Assembly (NCBI GenBank): GCA_963704325.1
Contig: OY969885.1
Span: 76,707-140,706 of the forward strand
From: an uncultured Chloroflexia bacterium
GTDB lineage: Bacteria; Chloroflexota; Limnocylindria; Limnocylindrales; CSP1-4
Reading direction: 5' to 3'
DNA: 64,000 nucleotides
The translations under genes were made by a program, and so were the position numbers. A model generated the notes under the pieces. It was given only the letters and a program-made list of their open reading frames with translations. It did no database searches and was not told the DNA's origin. Positions 26,046 through 36,790 of the stretch are shown one piece after another. The stretch's first letter is position 1, and each line of letters begins with the position of its first letter.

Positions 26046-26780
26046 CTAGCGGCCGAAGCGCCGCGTGCGGCGGCTGAACTCGGCCACCGCAGCATCGAAC
26101 GCGGCCGGGTCGAAGTCGGGCCACAGGATGTCGCAGAAGTACAGCTCGGCGTACGCCGCCTGCCAGATCAGGAAGTTGCTGATGCGCTGCTCTCCGCCGG
26201 TCCTGATGAGCAGGTCCAGGTCGGGCACGTCGGCCGTGTACAGCCGGGCCCGGATGGCGACTTCGTCGATCTCATCGGCCGCCATTCCGTCTGCGATGCA
26301 GCGCCTGACAGCATCCACGATCTCTGACCGGCCGGAGTAGTTGAAGGCGACATTGAGCGTCATGCGCGATCCCCGCTCGGTGGCTGACAGGGCGTCTGCG
26401 ATCGATGCGCGCGTCCGTTCCGGCAGCTCGTCGAGGCGGCCCAGGATCTGCACGCGCACCCCCTGGCGCACGAGGTCCGGTGTCTCGCGCCTGATCGCGG
26501 CCTCCAGCAGCGAGAAGAGCGTCTCCACCTCGTCCTCGCCGCGCGCCCAGTTCTCGCGCGAGAAGGCATAGATGGACAGCGCCTCGATACCCAGGTCGAC
26601 CGCGTGTTCGACCAGGGGCCGGATGGCATCCACTCCGGCCGAGTGGCCCTCGCCCTCGGAGAGGCCATGCAAGCGCGCCCAGCGCCGGTTGCCGTCCATG
26701 ACGATGGCCACGTGGCGCGGTAGCTCGGGCCGCACTTCCGGCTCCGTGTGCGCTGCGTACAGAAGGTCGGCGGAGGTCAT
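26046..26780 (-). CDS. uppS: Isoprenyl transferase (undecaprenyl-diphosphate synthase family)
   Basis: HVAIVMDGNRRWAR...AFSRENW...IRTGGEQRISNFLIWQ. Confidence 0.92.
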   Translation of the reverse strand: MTSADLLYAAHTEPEVRPELPRHVAIVMDGNRRWARLHGLSEGEGHSAGVDAIRPLVEHAVDLGIEALSIYAFSRENWARGEDEVETLFSLLEAAIRRETPDLVRQGVRVQILGRLDELPERTRASIADALSATERGSRMTLNVAFNYSGRSEIVDAVRRCIADGMAADEIDEVAIRARLYTADVPDLDLLIRTGGEQRISNFLIWQAAYAELYFCDILWPDFDPAAFDAAVAEFSRRTRRFGR

Positions 26781-27337
26781 CCGACCTCCATGATCTCCTG
26801 TTCCTTGTGCTTGCCGACGCGGTCAACCTCAGCGGTCCAACGGTCGGTAACCTTCTGCAGCGCGTCTTGCTCGCGGCGACTCTCGTCCGTGCCAATCTCG
26901 CCGTCACGCTCAGCGTGCTTGATCTCATCGGCCACGTCACGCCGGTGATTGCGGATCTCCACGCGCGCCTCTTCCATGCGCTTGTGGACGAGCTTGACCA
27001 GGTCCTTGCGACGCTCCTCGGTCAGGGCCGGGATGTTCAGGCGCACGGCGGCACCGTCCACATTGGGGGTCAGGCCAACCTCGCTCTTCAGGATCGCCTT
27101 CTCGATCGCGCCCAGCGCGCTCCTGTCCCAGGGCTGGATGACGATGGAGTGCGCCTCGGGCACGCTGATGCTGGCCAGCTGATTGAGTGGCGTGTTGGTG
27201 CCGTAGTACTCGACCATGATGCGCTCGACCAGAGTGGTCGCTGCCCGACCGGTGCGGATCGCGGCGAGCTCGCGCTCGAGCGCCTCCACGGCCCGGCTCA
27301 TCCGTCCGTCCGCGTCGCGCTTGATCTCGTCGATCAT
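26777..27337 (-). CDS. frr: Ribosome recycling factor
   Basis: [35 protein letters not shown] 27337 overlaps the pyrH stop as ATGA. Confidence 0.93.
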   Translation of the reverse strand: MIDEIKRDADGRMSRAVEALERELAAIRTGRAATTLVERIMVEYYGTNTPLNQLASISVPEAHSIVIQPWDRSALGAIEKAILKSEVGLTPNVDGAAVRLNIPALTEERRKDLVKLVHKRMEEARVEIRNHRRDVADEIKHAERDGEIGTDESRREQDALQKVTDRWTAEVDRVGKHKEQEIMEVG

Positions 27338-28128
27338 TGACGCTCTCCCTTCCCTGTCCGCTCGCCGCCGTTGATCAACGTGCCCACCGGCTCGCCCATC
27401 GCGGCGCGCTTGATGTGGCCCGGCTGATTGAGGTCGAAGACGACAATTGGCAGGTCGTTCTCCATGCACAGAGTCACGGCTGTCGAGTCGATCACCTGGA
27501 GGCGATCACTGAGCATCTGCGCATAGTCGATGTGTTCGTGGCGCTGCGCCTGCGGATTGGTCATCGGATCGTCGTCGTAGACGCCGTCAACCTTGGTCGC
27601 CTTGAGCAGCACCTGGGCGTTGATTTCCACCGCGCGCAGTGCGGCCGCCGTGTCAGTGGTGAAGTACGGGTTGCCGGTTCCGGCGACGAGGATGATCACG
27701 CGACCCTTCTCAAGGTGGCGCACGGCCCGCCGGCGGATGTACGGCTCGCACACCTCGTTCATGGCAATGGCTGACATCACCCGGGTCGGCACCCCCGACT
27801 TTTCGAGGGCATCTTGCAGTGCCAGGCCGTTCATGACCGTGGCCAGCATGCCGATGTAGTCGCCCGTAGCGCGATCCATGCCCGCCGCGGAAGCGGCAAG
27901 CCCGCGAAAGATGTTGCCGCCGCCCACGACCAGCGCGGCCTGGATGCCCAGCTCGTGAACATCGCGCACCTGGCGCGCGATGAACAGGCACACGTCCGGG
28001 TCCACGCCGTAGCTGCGACTGCCCATCAGGGCCTCGCCGCTGATCTTCAGCAGGATCCGGTCGTAGTGCACGGCCGCGCGCTCGCCTCCGAGCGGGCCCG
28101 CGGCCGCCTGGACGACGGCTTCGCTCAA
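27334..28128 (-). CDS. pyrH: UMP kinase
   Basis: [11 protein letters not shown]...[10 protein letters not shown]...[22 protein letters not shown] 28128 overlaps the tsf stop as TTGA; the start is uncertain. Confidence 0.9.
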   Translation of the reverse strand: MSEAVVQAAAGPLGGERAAVHYDRILLKISGEALMGSRSYGVDPDVCLFIARQVRDVHELGIQAALVVGGGNIFRGLAASAAGMDRATGDYIGMLATVMNGLALQDALEKSGVPTRVMSAIAMNEVCEPYIRRRAVRHLEKGRVIILVAGTGNPYFTTDTAAALRAVEINAQVLLKATKVDGVYDDDPMTNPQAQRHEHIDYAQMLSDRLQVIDSTAVTLCMENDLPIVVFDLNQPGHIKRAAMGEPVGTLINGGERTGKGERQ

Positions 28129-28724
28129 ATGTCTTCTCCCAGCTGGTAGCGAACGAAGCGCCGAACGCGGATGTTCTCGCCGATTCGGGCGATCGCATCC
28201 GTCACGAGATCGCCGACCTTCTGGTCTGTGTCGCGGAACACCTGTTCGTAGAGAACGACCGACTGATACCACTTGCGCAGCTGGCCCTCGATGATCTGAC
28301 TGCGCACGTTCTCCGGCTTGGCCTGCACGGCTTCGTCCGAGATCAGCTCCTGGCGCTTCGCCTCGAGCTCAGCGGCCGGGATCGATTCGATCGTCGTGTA
28401 CTTGGGGTCGAGTCCGGCGATCTGCATCGCCAGGTCGCGTACGAGCTTCTGGAACTCTTCGTTGCGGGCCACGAAGTCGGTCTCGCTGTTGACCTCGATC
28501 AGCACGCCCAGCCGGCCGCCGGGGTGGATGTACGAGGACACGACGCCTTCGCGCGCATCACGGCCGGCCTTCTTGGCGGCCGACGCCTGGCCACGTTCGC
28601 GCAGCAGCTGGACGGCCTTGTCGACGTCGCCGCCGGTCTCCTCGAGCGCGCGCTTGCAGTCCATCATGCCCGCGCCGGTGCGCTCGCGCAGTTCCTTGAC
28701 CTTCTGTGGAGAGATGTCAGCCAT
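28125..28724 (-). CDS. tsf: Elongation factor Ts (short form)
   Basis: [30 protein letters not shown] 28724 is preceded by GAAGGAAACA. The ORF track start at 28745 has no SD. Confidence 0.92.
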   Translation of the reverse strand: MADISPQKVKELRERTGAGMMDCKRALEETGGDVDKAVQLLRERGQASAAKKAGRDAREGVVSSYIHPGGRLGVLIEVNSETDFVARNEEFQKLVRDLAMQIAGLDPKYTTIESIPAAELEAKRQELISDEAVQAKPENVRSQIIEGQLRKWYQSVVLYEQVFRDTDQKVGDLVTDAIARIGENIRVRRFVRYQLGEDI

Positions 28725-28787
28725 TGTTTCCTTCGTTGTCGTCATTGTGGTTGGGCTTCTGGATCTGAACAGAGGGACGCCGCGCGG

Positions 28788-29738
28788 CTATTCGGCCGCC
28801 GGTTCCTCCTTGGCGGGCTTGTTGGCAGCCGGCCGACGAGCGGGCGCGGCCCGTTGCGCGGGTGCCTTGGCCGGAGGAGTCTCCTCCTCGGCCTCCTCGG
28901 GCTCTGCCGCTGCCTCTGAAGGCAGCAGCTCGTCCTCATCCGGCTCCGGCTCGAAACTGAACGTGCCGCCCGCAGCGAGTGCGGCGACCATCTCGTCACT
29001 CGCCTCTTCCTGCTCCTCGATGACCGCCACCGGCTCATCAGCGGGGCGCGCGGCGCGCTCCTGTGAACCCTCGACGGCCGCCTCGGCGATCAGCGTGCAC
29101 AGCAACCGGATGGCGCGGATGGCGTCGTCGTTGGCCGGGATGACGTAGTCGAGCAGGTCCGGGTCAACGTTCGTGTCGCCGGTGCCGATGACCGGGATCT
29201 CCAGCTTGCGCGCCTCGACCACTGCGATGCGCTCGCGCTGCGGATCAATGACGAACATGGCGCCCGGCAGGCGGCGCATCTTGCGGATGCCACCCAGCGT
29301 GCGCTGCAGCTTGGCCTGCTCCTCCATGAGCCCGCTCGCCTCCTTCTTGGAGAGGCGTTCGAAGTCGCCGTTCTGCTGGCGCGCGTCGAGCTGGTCGAGC
29401 AGGCCGATGCGCTTCCTGATCGTCACGAAGTTGGTCAGCATGCCGCCCAGCCAGCGCTGGTTGACGTACGGCATCTCGGCCCGCGTGGCCTCTTCGGAGA
29501 TGGGCTCCTGGGCTTGCTTCTTGGTGCCCACGAAGAGAATTGAGTCACCCTTCGCGACCGTGTCGCGCACGAAGTCAAGCGCGGTCTCCAGGCCACGAAC
29601 GGTCTGGGCAAGGTCGATGATGTGGATCCCGTTGCGCTCGGCAAAGATGTAGGGGCGCATCTTGGGATTCCAGCGCCGAGTCTGGTGGCCGAAATGCACT
29701 CCGGCTTCGAGCAGCTGGCGCATGGAAACGTCAGGCAT
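28788..29738 (-). CDS. rpsB: 30S ribosomal protein S2 with an acidic/Pro-Ala-rich C-terminal tail
   Basis: [25 protein letters not shown] 29738 is preceded by AGGAGG. Confidence 0.95.
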   Translation of the reverse strand: MPDVSMRQLLEAGVHFGHQTRRWNPKMRPYIFAERNGIHIIDLAQTVRGLETALDFVRDTVAKGDSILFVGTKKQAQEPISEEATRAEMPYVNQRWLGGMLTNFVTIRKRIGLLDQLDARQQNGDFERLSKKEASGLMEEQAKLQRTLGGIRKMRRLPGAMFVIDPQRERIAVVEARKLEIPVIGTGDTNVDPDLLDYVIPANDDAIRAIRLLCTLIAEAAVEGSQERAARPADEPVAVIEEQEEASDEMVAALAAGGTFSFEPEPDEDELLPSEAAAEPEEAEEETPPAKAPAQRAAPARRPAANKPAKEEPAAE

Positions 29739-29895
29739 GGAAGGTGGACCTCCTGGTTCGGTTATGACCTCCGCGTGCCTCGTTGTCCGCGGACCTTCGC
29801 GCCAATTGAGCGCGACGGGCACCTCGCGGGGAGCGACACGCGTGTGAGATGACACCGCCTTGTGGCTGATGCCGGTCGCTGTAGCGACCACGCGC

Positions 29896-29923
29896 AGTTT
29901 ACACGCTGCGCCCGGCGCCCCAA
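29896..29923 (-). promoter_or_regulatory. Promoter candidate for rpsB
   Basis: The minus strand reads TTGGGG, a 16-nt spacer, then TAAACT, about 160 nt upstream of the rpsB ATG. The 5' UTR has small hairpins (ggtcgc-taca-gcgacc). Confidence 0.25.
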
Positions 29924-29932
29924 TGCGACCGC

Positions 29933-30316
29933 CTACGGCGGCTCGAGTGCGCGCAGGTGCCTGATCTGCGGCACGCCCGAGCGCCGGTCCACCACGACGA
30001 GATCGATTCGACGCGGCAGCCGCGCATGGCCAGTCGAGATCGCCTCCGTCGCACAGGCTGCGGCCAGGCCCCGATACAGGTGTCCGACCTTGCGCCGATC
30101 GACGCGCTCTTCGGGCGCCCCGAAGGCCGACGAGCGCAGGCTGCGCACCTCAGCCGCGACCAGGGTCGCCGGCGGACCCGGATCGAGGGCGAGGATGTCG
30201 ATCTCGTCGCGGCCCACGCGCATGTTGCGGGCCACCACCGTCCAGCCGAGCTGCTCCAGGTATACAGCCGCGAGCGCTTCGCCGCGCATGCCCTGCCTCT
30301 GGCGCGCGCTGTGCAT
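29933..30316 (-). CDS. yraN: YraN family (UPF0102) endonuclease-like protein
   Basis: [37 protein letters not shown]...LVAAEVRS. Confidence 0.85.
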   Translation of the reverse strand: MHSARQRQGMRGEALAAVYLEQLGWTVVARNMRVGRDEIDILALDPGPPATLVAAEVRSLRSSAFGAPEERVDRRKVGHLYRGLAAACATEAISTGHARLPRRIDLVVVDRRSGVPQIRHLRALEPP

Positions 30317-30732
30317 GGGATGAATGCTAGATAGCGGCGCTTACCCGGCACTTACTCCCGGTGGCTGGGCTGGACGACGAGGCGGTTGTCAAATGCCGCG
30401 TGGGTGCGCATTAAGTGACGGCTTGTCAGTGTCCGGCGCATCCACGGGCACCCGGCACTGGCGGCCGAGCGTGGCTAACGGCAACGGCATGCAGGCAAGG
30501 CGCTCATACGCGCGCATCCACGTCCTTATGTCACCTGGGGCTGTGCGCACCTGGGATAGTGCGCGGCCACCCGGCGTATGGCGCCCCAAGGGCACGCCTC
30601 GCCCGGTTACCGCCACCCTGGCGCGCATATGACCAGAAACCGACCACGCGTGATCGGATAGTGCGGGCATGGACGGCGTATGACCAGACGCGCCGGAGCG
30701 AGGCGCGGGCGCGACGAGCGGGAAGGAGGGCG

Positions 30733-31464
30733 TCAGCGCGCCTCAGTCGCGCGCAGCACATCGGCAACGGCCGCCTGGCCCGGGACCGCCCAGGCATGGT
30801 CCGGCTCCTCGAACAGTGACAGTGAGGTCTGGCGGCCGTGCAGCACGCGCTGCGTGGTGATGAAGCTCCGCCGGTGATGCGGCGTGACACCCAATGCCTC
30901 GAGTCCGGCGCGGTGGTCGGGCGTGGCATATCCGGCGTTGTGCTCCCAGCCGTAACCCGGGTAGCGCGCGGCCAGCTTGCGCATCAGGCGATCGCGCGTG
31001 ACCTTGGCCACGATCGAGGCACAAGCGACCGTGTAGCACAGCGCGTCGCCGTCGATGACCGCCCTGTAGGGGCCCGCGTGCTGCTCGAAATCGCGGATCC
31101 GTCGCCCATCCACGATGACAAAGTCGTGTTCGCCGGCGCGCGCGACGGCGCGCTTCATGGCCAGCACGGTCGCGTAATAAATGTTCAACCGGTCGATCTC
31201 GGCGACCGAGGCGGCCCCCAGCCCGACGTGCGTGGCGCGGCGCAGGATCAGCCGAGCGAGGCGCTCGCGCTGGCCGGCGGAGAGTGTCTTGGAATCGCGT
31301 ACGCCGCTGATGAAGCGCTTGTCGAGCGGCATCGCCAGCGCGCAGGCCACGACCGGACCGCTTGACGGGGCGACGCCTACCTCATCGAGGCCAAAGATGA
31401 TTCGGTGCCCTTCCTCGCGGAAAAGCCGGTTCTCGAGGCGGCGGGTTGGGACCTTGACCCCCAT
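30733..31464 (-). CDS. rnhB: Ribonuclease HII
   Basis: IFGLDEVGVAPSSGPVVACA...DSKTLSAGQRERL...ASIVAKVTRD...HR.SF. Confidence 0.9.
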   Translation of the reverse strand: MGVKVPTRRLENRLFREEGHRIIFGLDEVGVAPSSGPVVACALAMPLDKRFISGVRDSKTLSAGQRERLARLILRRATHVGLGAASVAEIDRLNIYYATVLAMKRAVARAGEHDFVIVDGRRIRDFEQHAGPYRAVIDGDALCYTVACASIVAKVTRDRLMRKLAARYPGYGWEHNAGYATPDHRAGLEALGVTPHHRRSFITTQRVLHGRQTSLSLFEEPDHAWAVPGQAAVADVLRATEAR

Positions 31465-31497
31465 CGCGCGAAGGCTAGTGCATCGCGGGCGTGGAGA

Positions 31498-31845
31498 TCA
31501 GCTCGAGCGGCGCTCGCGGAGTGAGGCGGCCTTGCCGACTCGCTTGCGCAGGAAGTAGAGCTGCGCGCGGCGAGCGACACCGTGGCGCACGACCTCGATC
31601 TTCTCTATGCGTGGCGAGTTGATCTTGAATGTTCGTTCGACGCCCACGCCACTGCGAATGCTGCGCACTGTGATCGAGCGGCTGATGCCACCTCCGCGCA
31701 GGCGCATGACCGTGCCCTCGAAGACCTGGATGCGCTCGCGAGTGCCTTCGCGTACGCGCGCGGAAACGCGCACGGTGTCACCCGAGGCAAGCTCGGGCAG
31801 GTCTGTGCGCAGCTGTTCGGCGCTGATCTCGTCGATGACGCTCAA
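31498..31845 (-). CDS. rplS: 50S ribosomal protein L19
   Basis: [42 protein letters not shown]...VERTF. Confidence 0.95.
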   Translation of the reverse strand: MSVIDEISAEQLRTDLPELASGDTVRVSARVREGTRERIQVFEGTVMRLRGGGISRSITVRSIRSGVGVERTFKINSPRIEKIEVVRHGVARRAQLYFLRKRVGKAASLRERRSS

Positions 31846-31910
31846 GTGTTGACTCTCAAACTCGCTTGGGACGGCGCGTGACGAAGCGCCTGAAGACGTC
31901 GGGCCGCGGA

Positions 31911-33125
31911 TTATACGCTGCGCTCGGATTGTGAGTCGCCGGCGGGGCTGCGCGACAGACCACGCAGGTTGAGTCGTTGGATCTCCGCCTCAAACCGTTG
32001 TCGAGCGGCTCCGGCCATGAACTCGGCCGTGCGCGGCTGTTCGCAACGCGGGTCGTCTCGCAATTGGAAAGCGAGCAGGCCGTCGGGTGTCGTGGGCAAG
32101 CCGGCTACCGCCTCGCCGCCTGCTTCCTTGTCAGTTGTACCGGAGATCAGCAGCCATCCACTGCTCGAGTCGTACAGCGAATAGTGCTCCCGGCTGGTCA
32201 CGTCGGCCAGAACTCGATCGCGCGGCAGGTCGCCGCCCAGCAGGTCTACACCGTAGGCCGACCCACCAAGATCCTCCAGCCCGAGCAGCCGGCACAGAGT
32301 GGGCTTCATGTCCATCACGGACACCCATGCGTCGTCACGTCCTGCGTCCACGCCCGGGCCGGCTAACAGGACGAACGCTCGGCTCACGTTGGGATGGAAG
32401 TTGTGCGCTGTGTGATCCACGTTTCCCCGGGTTGCGCGGCCCATCAGCGGCAGCCAGCCTTCGAGTGATGTCCCGTGCGAGCTGAACACCGCGATGACGG
32501 TGTCGTCGATGGCGCCCGCCTGCTCCAGATGGCGCAGCGTCGCGCCCAGCCACTTGTCCTGCAGGCGGAGTGAATAGCGCTGCTGGTCGCGCGCGAAAGC
32601 AGGATTGTCGTTGACGACCTCGACCAGCAGCCCGCCCTCTTCCTCGAACGCCAGCACAAAGTTGTAGAAGAGCCGATGCGTGGCCCGCTCGCGATACCAG
32701 TACAGCCAGCGATCAGGGCTGACATCAGGCAGGAACTCGATCTTGGGCAGACCCAGGTTCATGTTCCGCGGGCGGTCGATCATCCGCGGATAGACCTCGT
32801 CGGCCGACTCGATCGCCCCCTGGCTGGCCAGCCATTTGGCGCCCGATCCGATGATGAAGTCCTCGACCACGCCAACCGCTGCGCCCATCTGCGCCGCGGC
32901 GTTCAGGATGTTCTCGCGCGGGTGCACCTCTGAGTTGAACGGCCGGCCGGTGATCTCGCTCAAATTGCTGGTGCGCTGGAAGTGGCCGCCCACAACGGCG
33001 GACGGGAAGAAGGCGCCACGCTCGACGAGCGACGAGTAGTTGGGCAGGACGCCACGCTCGAGCTCCTCGAGGAAAACATCGCGCCGGCAGGAGTGGCTTG
33101 TCCAGACGAGCAGGTTGTGCTTCAC
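31911..33125 (-). CDS. Alkaline-phosphatase-superfamily protein (sulfatase/phosphodiesterase-like), divergent
   Basis: By eye it shows the pattern LLVWTSHS..(L)[17 protein letters not shown]...TSNLSEITG...[14 protein letters not shown]...[12 protein letters not shown], which resembles type I phosphodiesterase/sulfatase folds. The GTG start at 33125 overlaps the trmD stop as GTGA. Confidence 0.5.
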   Translation of the reverse strand: MKHNLLVWTSHSCRRDVFLEELERGVLPNYSSLVERGAFFPSAVVGGHFQRTSNLSEITGRPFNSEVHPRENILNAAAQMGAAVGVVEDFIIGSGAKWLASQGAIESADEVYPRMIDRPRNMNLGLPKIEFLPDVSPDRWLYWYRERATHRLFYNFVLAFEEEGGLLVEVVNDNPAFARDQQRYSLRLQDKWLGATLRHLEQAGAIDDTVIAVFSSHGTSLEGWLPLMGRATRGNVDHTAHNFHPNVSRAFVLLAGPGVDAGRDDAWVSVMDMKPTLCRLLGLEDLGGSAYGVDLLGGDLPRDRVLADVTSREHYSLYDSSSGWLLISGTTDKEAGGEAVAGLPTTPDGLLAFQLRDDPRCEQPRTAEFMAGAARQRFEAEIQRLNLRGLSRSPAGDSQSERSV

Positions 33126-33823
33126 GTCCCGGATTCTGCTGCATCGCGCGGACCGGAGAGCAGGTCCGGCCTGTTCGCCCTGGTGCGCTCCAGTGCCTGC
33201 GCGCGTCGCCAGCGCTCGACAGCACCGTGATCGCCGCTGAGCAGCACATCCGGAACGCGCCGACCTTCGAACTCTGCGGGGCGGGTGTACTGCGGGTACT
33301 CCAGCAGCCCGTCGGCAAAGGACTCGTCCAGTGGCGACTGAGCGTCGATCGCCCCGGGCAGCAGGCGCAGCACGGCGTCGATGACGATCATCGCCGGCAC
33401 CTCGCCACCGGACAGCACGTAGTCGCCGATTGAGAGCTCAATGTCGACCATGGCGCGTACGCGATCGTCGACACCCTCGTAGCGCGGACACAGCAGGACG
33501 ATGTGTTCGCGCGCCGCGAGATCGTGCGCCACCTGCTGGTTGAAGACGCGTCCCCCCGGATCGAGCAGTACGCTGGTCGTCTGCGGACCGCGCAGCTCGG
33601 CCAGTGCAGCGGCGATCGGTTCGACGCGCATGATCATGCCAGCTCCCCCACCGTACGGGTAGTCGTCCACGCTGCGGTGACGTCCCAGCCCCCAGCGGCG
33701 CAGGTCGTGCGCAGTCAGGGTCGCCAGTCCCCGCTCCAGGGCGCGGCCCGGGATGCTCGCGCCGAGCGGACCCGGAAACACGTCCGGGAAGATCGTCACG
33801 ACGTCGATGCGCATCTTGCTCAA
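33122..33823 (-). CDS. trmD: tRNA (guanine37-N1)-methyltransferase
   Basis: [17 protein letters not shown]...YPYGGGAGM...[13 protein letters not shown]. Confidence 0.95.
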   Translation of the reverse strand: MSKMRIDVVTIFPDVFPGPLGASIPGRALERGLATLTAHDLRRWGLGRHRSVDDYPYGGGAGMIMRVEPIAAALAELRGPQTTSVLLDPGGRVFNQQVAHDLAAREHIVLLCPRYEGVDDRVRAMVDIELSIGDYVLSGGEVPAMIVIDAVLRLLPGAIDAQSPLDESFADGLLEYPQYTRPAEFEGRRVPDVLLSGDHGAVERWRRAQALERTRANRPDLLSGPRDAAESGT

Positions 33824-34356
33824 GCCGGTGGCGGTTCGGGTTCCTCGGAGGGAGCTTCTCGGTCGTCCAATCCGAGCGCTACCTCGTCGACGACGATGCG
33901 CCGCTCGGTCGGTGCGAGCTCCCTGACGACCGACTTGACAGCCGGTATGAGGACCTCGCCACGTGGCCCGCGCACGGAGTAGATCTCCGACTCGCCCACA
34001 CGGAAGATGTCCGCGACCGTCCCCAGGTCCTCGCCCGACAGGGTCGTCACGGAGCAGCCGATGATGTCGTGCCAGTAGAACGTGTCCGGCGCGAGCGGCT
34101 GATCCGCTTCCGCTTCCAGGTACTTGTCGCGTAACGCATCGGCGGCGTTGCGGCTGCGAATCTCGCCAAGCATGACGAGCAGTCCGGGGCCGTCCCTGTG
34201 CGCCGACGTCACCGTCAGAGGCCGGTCAGAGCCCTCAACGTACACAACGCTGCCGGGCCCGAAACGGAGCTCGTTGTCAGAGAGGATCTCGACGCGAAGC
34301 ATGCCGCGCAGCCCGTGCACGCCACGCACGAGGCCGACCACCAGTCGGCTGGCCAC
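33820..34356 (-). CDS. rimM: 16S rRNA processing protein RimM
   Basis: [24 protein letters not shown]...[11 protein letters not shown]; located between the KH gene and trmD. Confidence 0.9.
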   Translation of the reverse strand: MASRLVVGLVRGVHGLRGMLRVEILSDNELRFGPGSVVYVEGSDRPLTVTSAHRDGPGLLVMLGEIRSRNAADALRDKYLEAEADQPLAPDTFYWHDIIGCSVTTLSGEDLGTVADIFRVGESEIYSVRGPRGEVLIPAVKSVVRELAPTERRIVVDEVALGLDDREAPSEEPEPPPA

Positions 34357-34358
34357 GC

Positions 34359-34592
34359 CTAGAGAATCTCGAGTGAGACCGACTCCCCTTCGCGCGCGGC
34401 GACGACCTTGAGCAGCGTGCGCATGGCCTTGGCCACGCTTCCGTTGCGGCCGATCACCTTGCCCATGTCCGACTCAGCGACGTGCAGCTCGATCACCCGG
34501 CCGTCCTCGTCCTCGACCGACTTGACCTCGACGGCGTCGGGCTCATCCACGAGCGCCTTGGCCACGTACTCGACCAGCGATTCTGCGGACAC
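34359..34592 (-). CDS. KH domain RNA-binding protein (YlqC/UPF0109)
   Basis: VAKALVDEPDAVEV...ELHVAESDMGKVIGRNGSVAKAMRTLL. Confidence 0.88.
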   Translation of the reverse strand: MSAESLVEYVAKALVDEPDAVEVKSVEDEDGRVIELHVAESDMGKVIGRNGSVAKAMRTLLKVVAAREGESVSLEIL

Positions 34593-34595
34593 GGC

Positions 34596-34856
34596 CTAGC
34601 TCGACTGCTTGGCCGGCAGGAGCCCGACCTGGCGGAAGAGCCGCTCAACGGTCTCTGACGGCAGCGCGCCGCGACTGAGCCAGTCGCGCACCTTCTCCTC
34701 GTCGACCTTGATCTCGACCGGATCCGTGCGCGGGTTGTAATGACCAAGCGTGTCCAGCGAACGGCCGTCGCGGGCGTTGCGGCTGTCGGCAACGACGAAG
34801 CGATATGACGGCTGCTTCTTCGCGCCCACGCGAGTCAGACGAATGCGTACTGCCAC
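34596..34856 (-). CDS. rpsP: 30S ribosomal protein S16
   Basis: MAVRIRLTRVGAKKQPSYRFVVADSRNARDGRSLDTLGHYNP. Confidence 0.95.
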   Translation of the reverse strand: MAVRIRLTRVGAKKQPSYRFVVADSRNARDGRSLDTLGHYNPRTDPVEIKVDEEKVRDWLSRGALPSETVERLFRQVGLLPAKQSS

Positions 34857-34891
34857 TTGTTGAATGAGCCTCCCTGAATTTCGCGAGAAGG

Positions 34892-36712
34892 TTACTCGAC
34901 GTAGAGAAAGATGTTGCTGACGATGACGTCGCCGTCCGTGCGCGCCACGAAGGACAGGTGGCTGAAGGGCGCCAGGAAGGGCTGCGCATCCGTCGCGTAG
35001 TCGGTTGTGAGCGCCGGATCTACACCTGCTTCGATGATGGTGCGAGCGCGACCCAGGTCGACGTAGGCAAGCCCGGCGCTGGTCGACCCACCGGCGCTCA
35101 GCGCGGCGCTGAACTTGAGATTGCTGGACAGTGAGTCAGCCGGCAGACGGTCCAGCGCCTGGACGACGAAGTCGCGCAGGCCGATGTACATACGCCCATT
35201 TGCGACGGTAATGGCGAGCGATGTCTCGGCCGGCACCATCGGCGCTGACGCGCCATCGAACGTGATCACGGTCAGGGTCGCCGCACCATGCTCCTCCTCG
35301 CTCACGCTGATGCCACCGCCCAGGCCGGCGAGCGCGCGCACGGTTGTGAGCAGTCGCTCCAGGCGCGTTCGGGCGACCGTCTCGTCGTCCACGGTGGCGA
35401 TCAGGCCGCCGGTGGGCTTGCCGTCTGCGAATGCCACTGCCACGGCCGCGTCATCTACGAAGTCGAGGTAGCTTTCCGGGGCCGTACCCAGGAACTGCTC
35501 CAGCTGGCCAAGGGCGGCGCCGCCCTCTGTGCCGCCGATACAGTCGATCAGGCGGCCCAGGCGGTGGCTGATCGAGGCACCCAGCTGGCGCATCTCGAAA
35601 TAGGCCACGCTATCGGCGGGCATGCTCGCGGCCAGGACAGACGGCTCGTTGGGCGGCAGCGGCAAGCCCTCGGTGGGTGCTGGGCGGGCGCGCACAGAGA
35701 GCGTCATGGCCTGACCCTCGGCGCGCACCTCGGCCACGGCGCGGATGGCGCCGGCAGATGTCAGCTCCGCCGCGCAGCCCATCGGCAGGTCGATCGGCAG
35801 CCCGACGGGAAGCTCGGGCAGGTCCGTCGCACTCGGCTCGTGGGCGAAGTACATGGTCGCCAGGCGGTCGGCGTGCAGGCTGCCCAGCTGGCGCAGGAAG
35901 AACTCGTCGTCGGCCAGCCCTGTGGCACGATCGGCGCGTACGTCGAGAGCCGCCTTTACGCGGTCGCTGCCGGTGCCTGCCACCATCGCCTCGTCCGTAA
36001 CCGCGAAGCTCATCTCCGGACCCTCGTCCTGGTCAATGGTGCGGATGGTGACTCCGTTGAAGTCCTCGTCAGACGTTGAGGTGTCGCCCAGCTTCTGCGC
36101 GATGAGCGACTCCAGCGCTGCCCGGTCAGTGACGGTGAGCACGATGGTCATGTTGGCTGGGGCGGTCATCATCGCTGGGTCCACCGGCTCCGTGCCAAAG
36201 ATCGCCACCTCGCCTCCGAACCAGGGCTCGATGTCGCGCGCCCAGTCGAGCCCGGTCTCCGTTGATCGAATCATCGAGTTGAGCGTCTCGTCCAGCTTCA
36301 GCTCGAAGCTCGCCTGGTCGGCGAAGCCCGGGAAATGCGACATGAACGACGCCAGCTGGTCGCGCTGGTCGCCGGGCAGGTCGAGCCGTGCCTCGAAGTA
36401 CGCCGTCACGTCCGCCGGAGCGAAGTGCGCGACCGTGGATGGCGTTCCCGACCGGGATCCGGCGAAGAGCAGGAGTGCACCAACGATGACGACGACAGCG
36501 AGCGTCGCGACGGCAGCGACTCCCCAGCGGTAGCGGTCGCCGTGGCCGCCGCGGACGACGAGCTCGGCCGGTGCCCTCTCGAGCGGCTCGTTCCCAACAC
36601 TCGGTGCCGCAGCGGCGGGGCTGAAGATGGAGGTTTCACCGTCCGGGGACGTGTTTCGCCCACCGACACTGGGGAATGCGGGCGGCTGACGGTCGGCTGA
36701 CATGCCACTCAT
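34892..36712 (-). CDS. Hypothetical N-terminally membrane-anchored protein, 606 aa (possibly DUF3352-like)
   Basis: A single TM segment (WGVAAVATLAVVVIVGALLLFAG) follows a Pro/Ala-rich cytoplasmic head. The large extracytoplasmic region has coding-like composition throughout. No catalytic motif was recognised. Confidence 0.6.
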   Translation of the reverse strand: MSGMSADRQPPAFPSVGGRNTSPDGETSIFSPAAAAPSVGNEPLERAPAELVVRGGHGDRYRWGVAAVATLAVVVIVGALLLFAGSRSGTPSTVAHFAPADVTAYFEARLDLPGDQRDQLASFMSHFPGFADQASFELKLDETLNSMIRSTETGLDWARDIEPWFGGEVAIFGTEPVDPAMMTAPANMTIVLTVTDRAALESLIAQKLGDTSTSDEDFNGVTIRTIDQDEGPEMSFAVTDEAMVAGTGSDRVKAALDVRADRATGLADDEFFLRQLGSLHADRLATMYFAHEPSATDLPELPVGLPIDLPMGCAAELTSAGAIRAVAEVRAEGQAMTLSVRARPAPTEGLPLPPNEPSVLAASMPADSVAYFEMRQLGASISHRLGRLIDCIGGTEGGAALGQLEQFLGTAPESYLDFVDDAAVAVAFADGKPTGGLIATVDDETVARTRLERLLTTVRALAGLGGGISVSEEEHGAATLTVITFDGASAPMVPAETSLAITVANGRMYIGLRDFVVQALDRLPADSLSSNLKFSAALSAGGSTSAGLAYVDLGRARTIIEAGVDPALTTDYATDAQPFLAPFSHLSFVARTDGDVIVSNIFLYVE

Positions 36713-36790
36713 GGTCCCACTTTGTCGCGCAGGCTGCCGCCCGGCCTACGGCCCGGACGGACCAGGCCCCGATGGACCAGCGTTTCGCGA

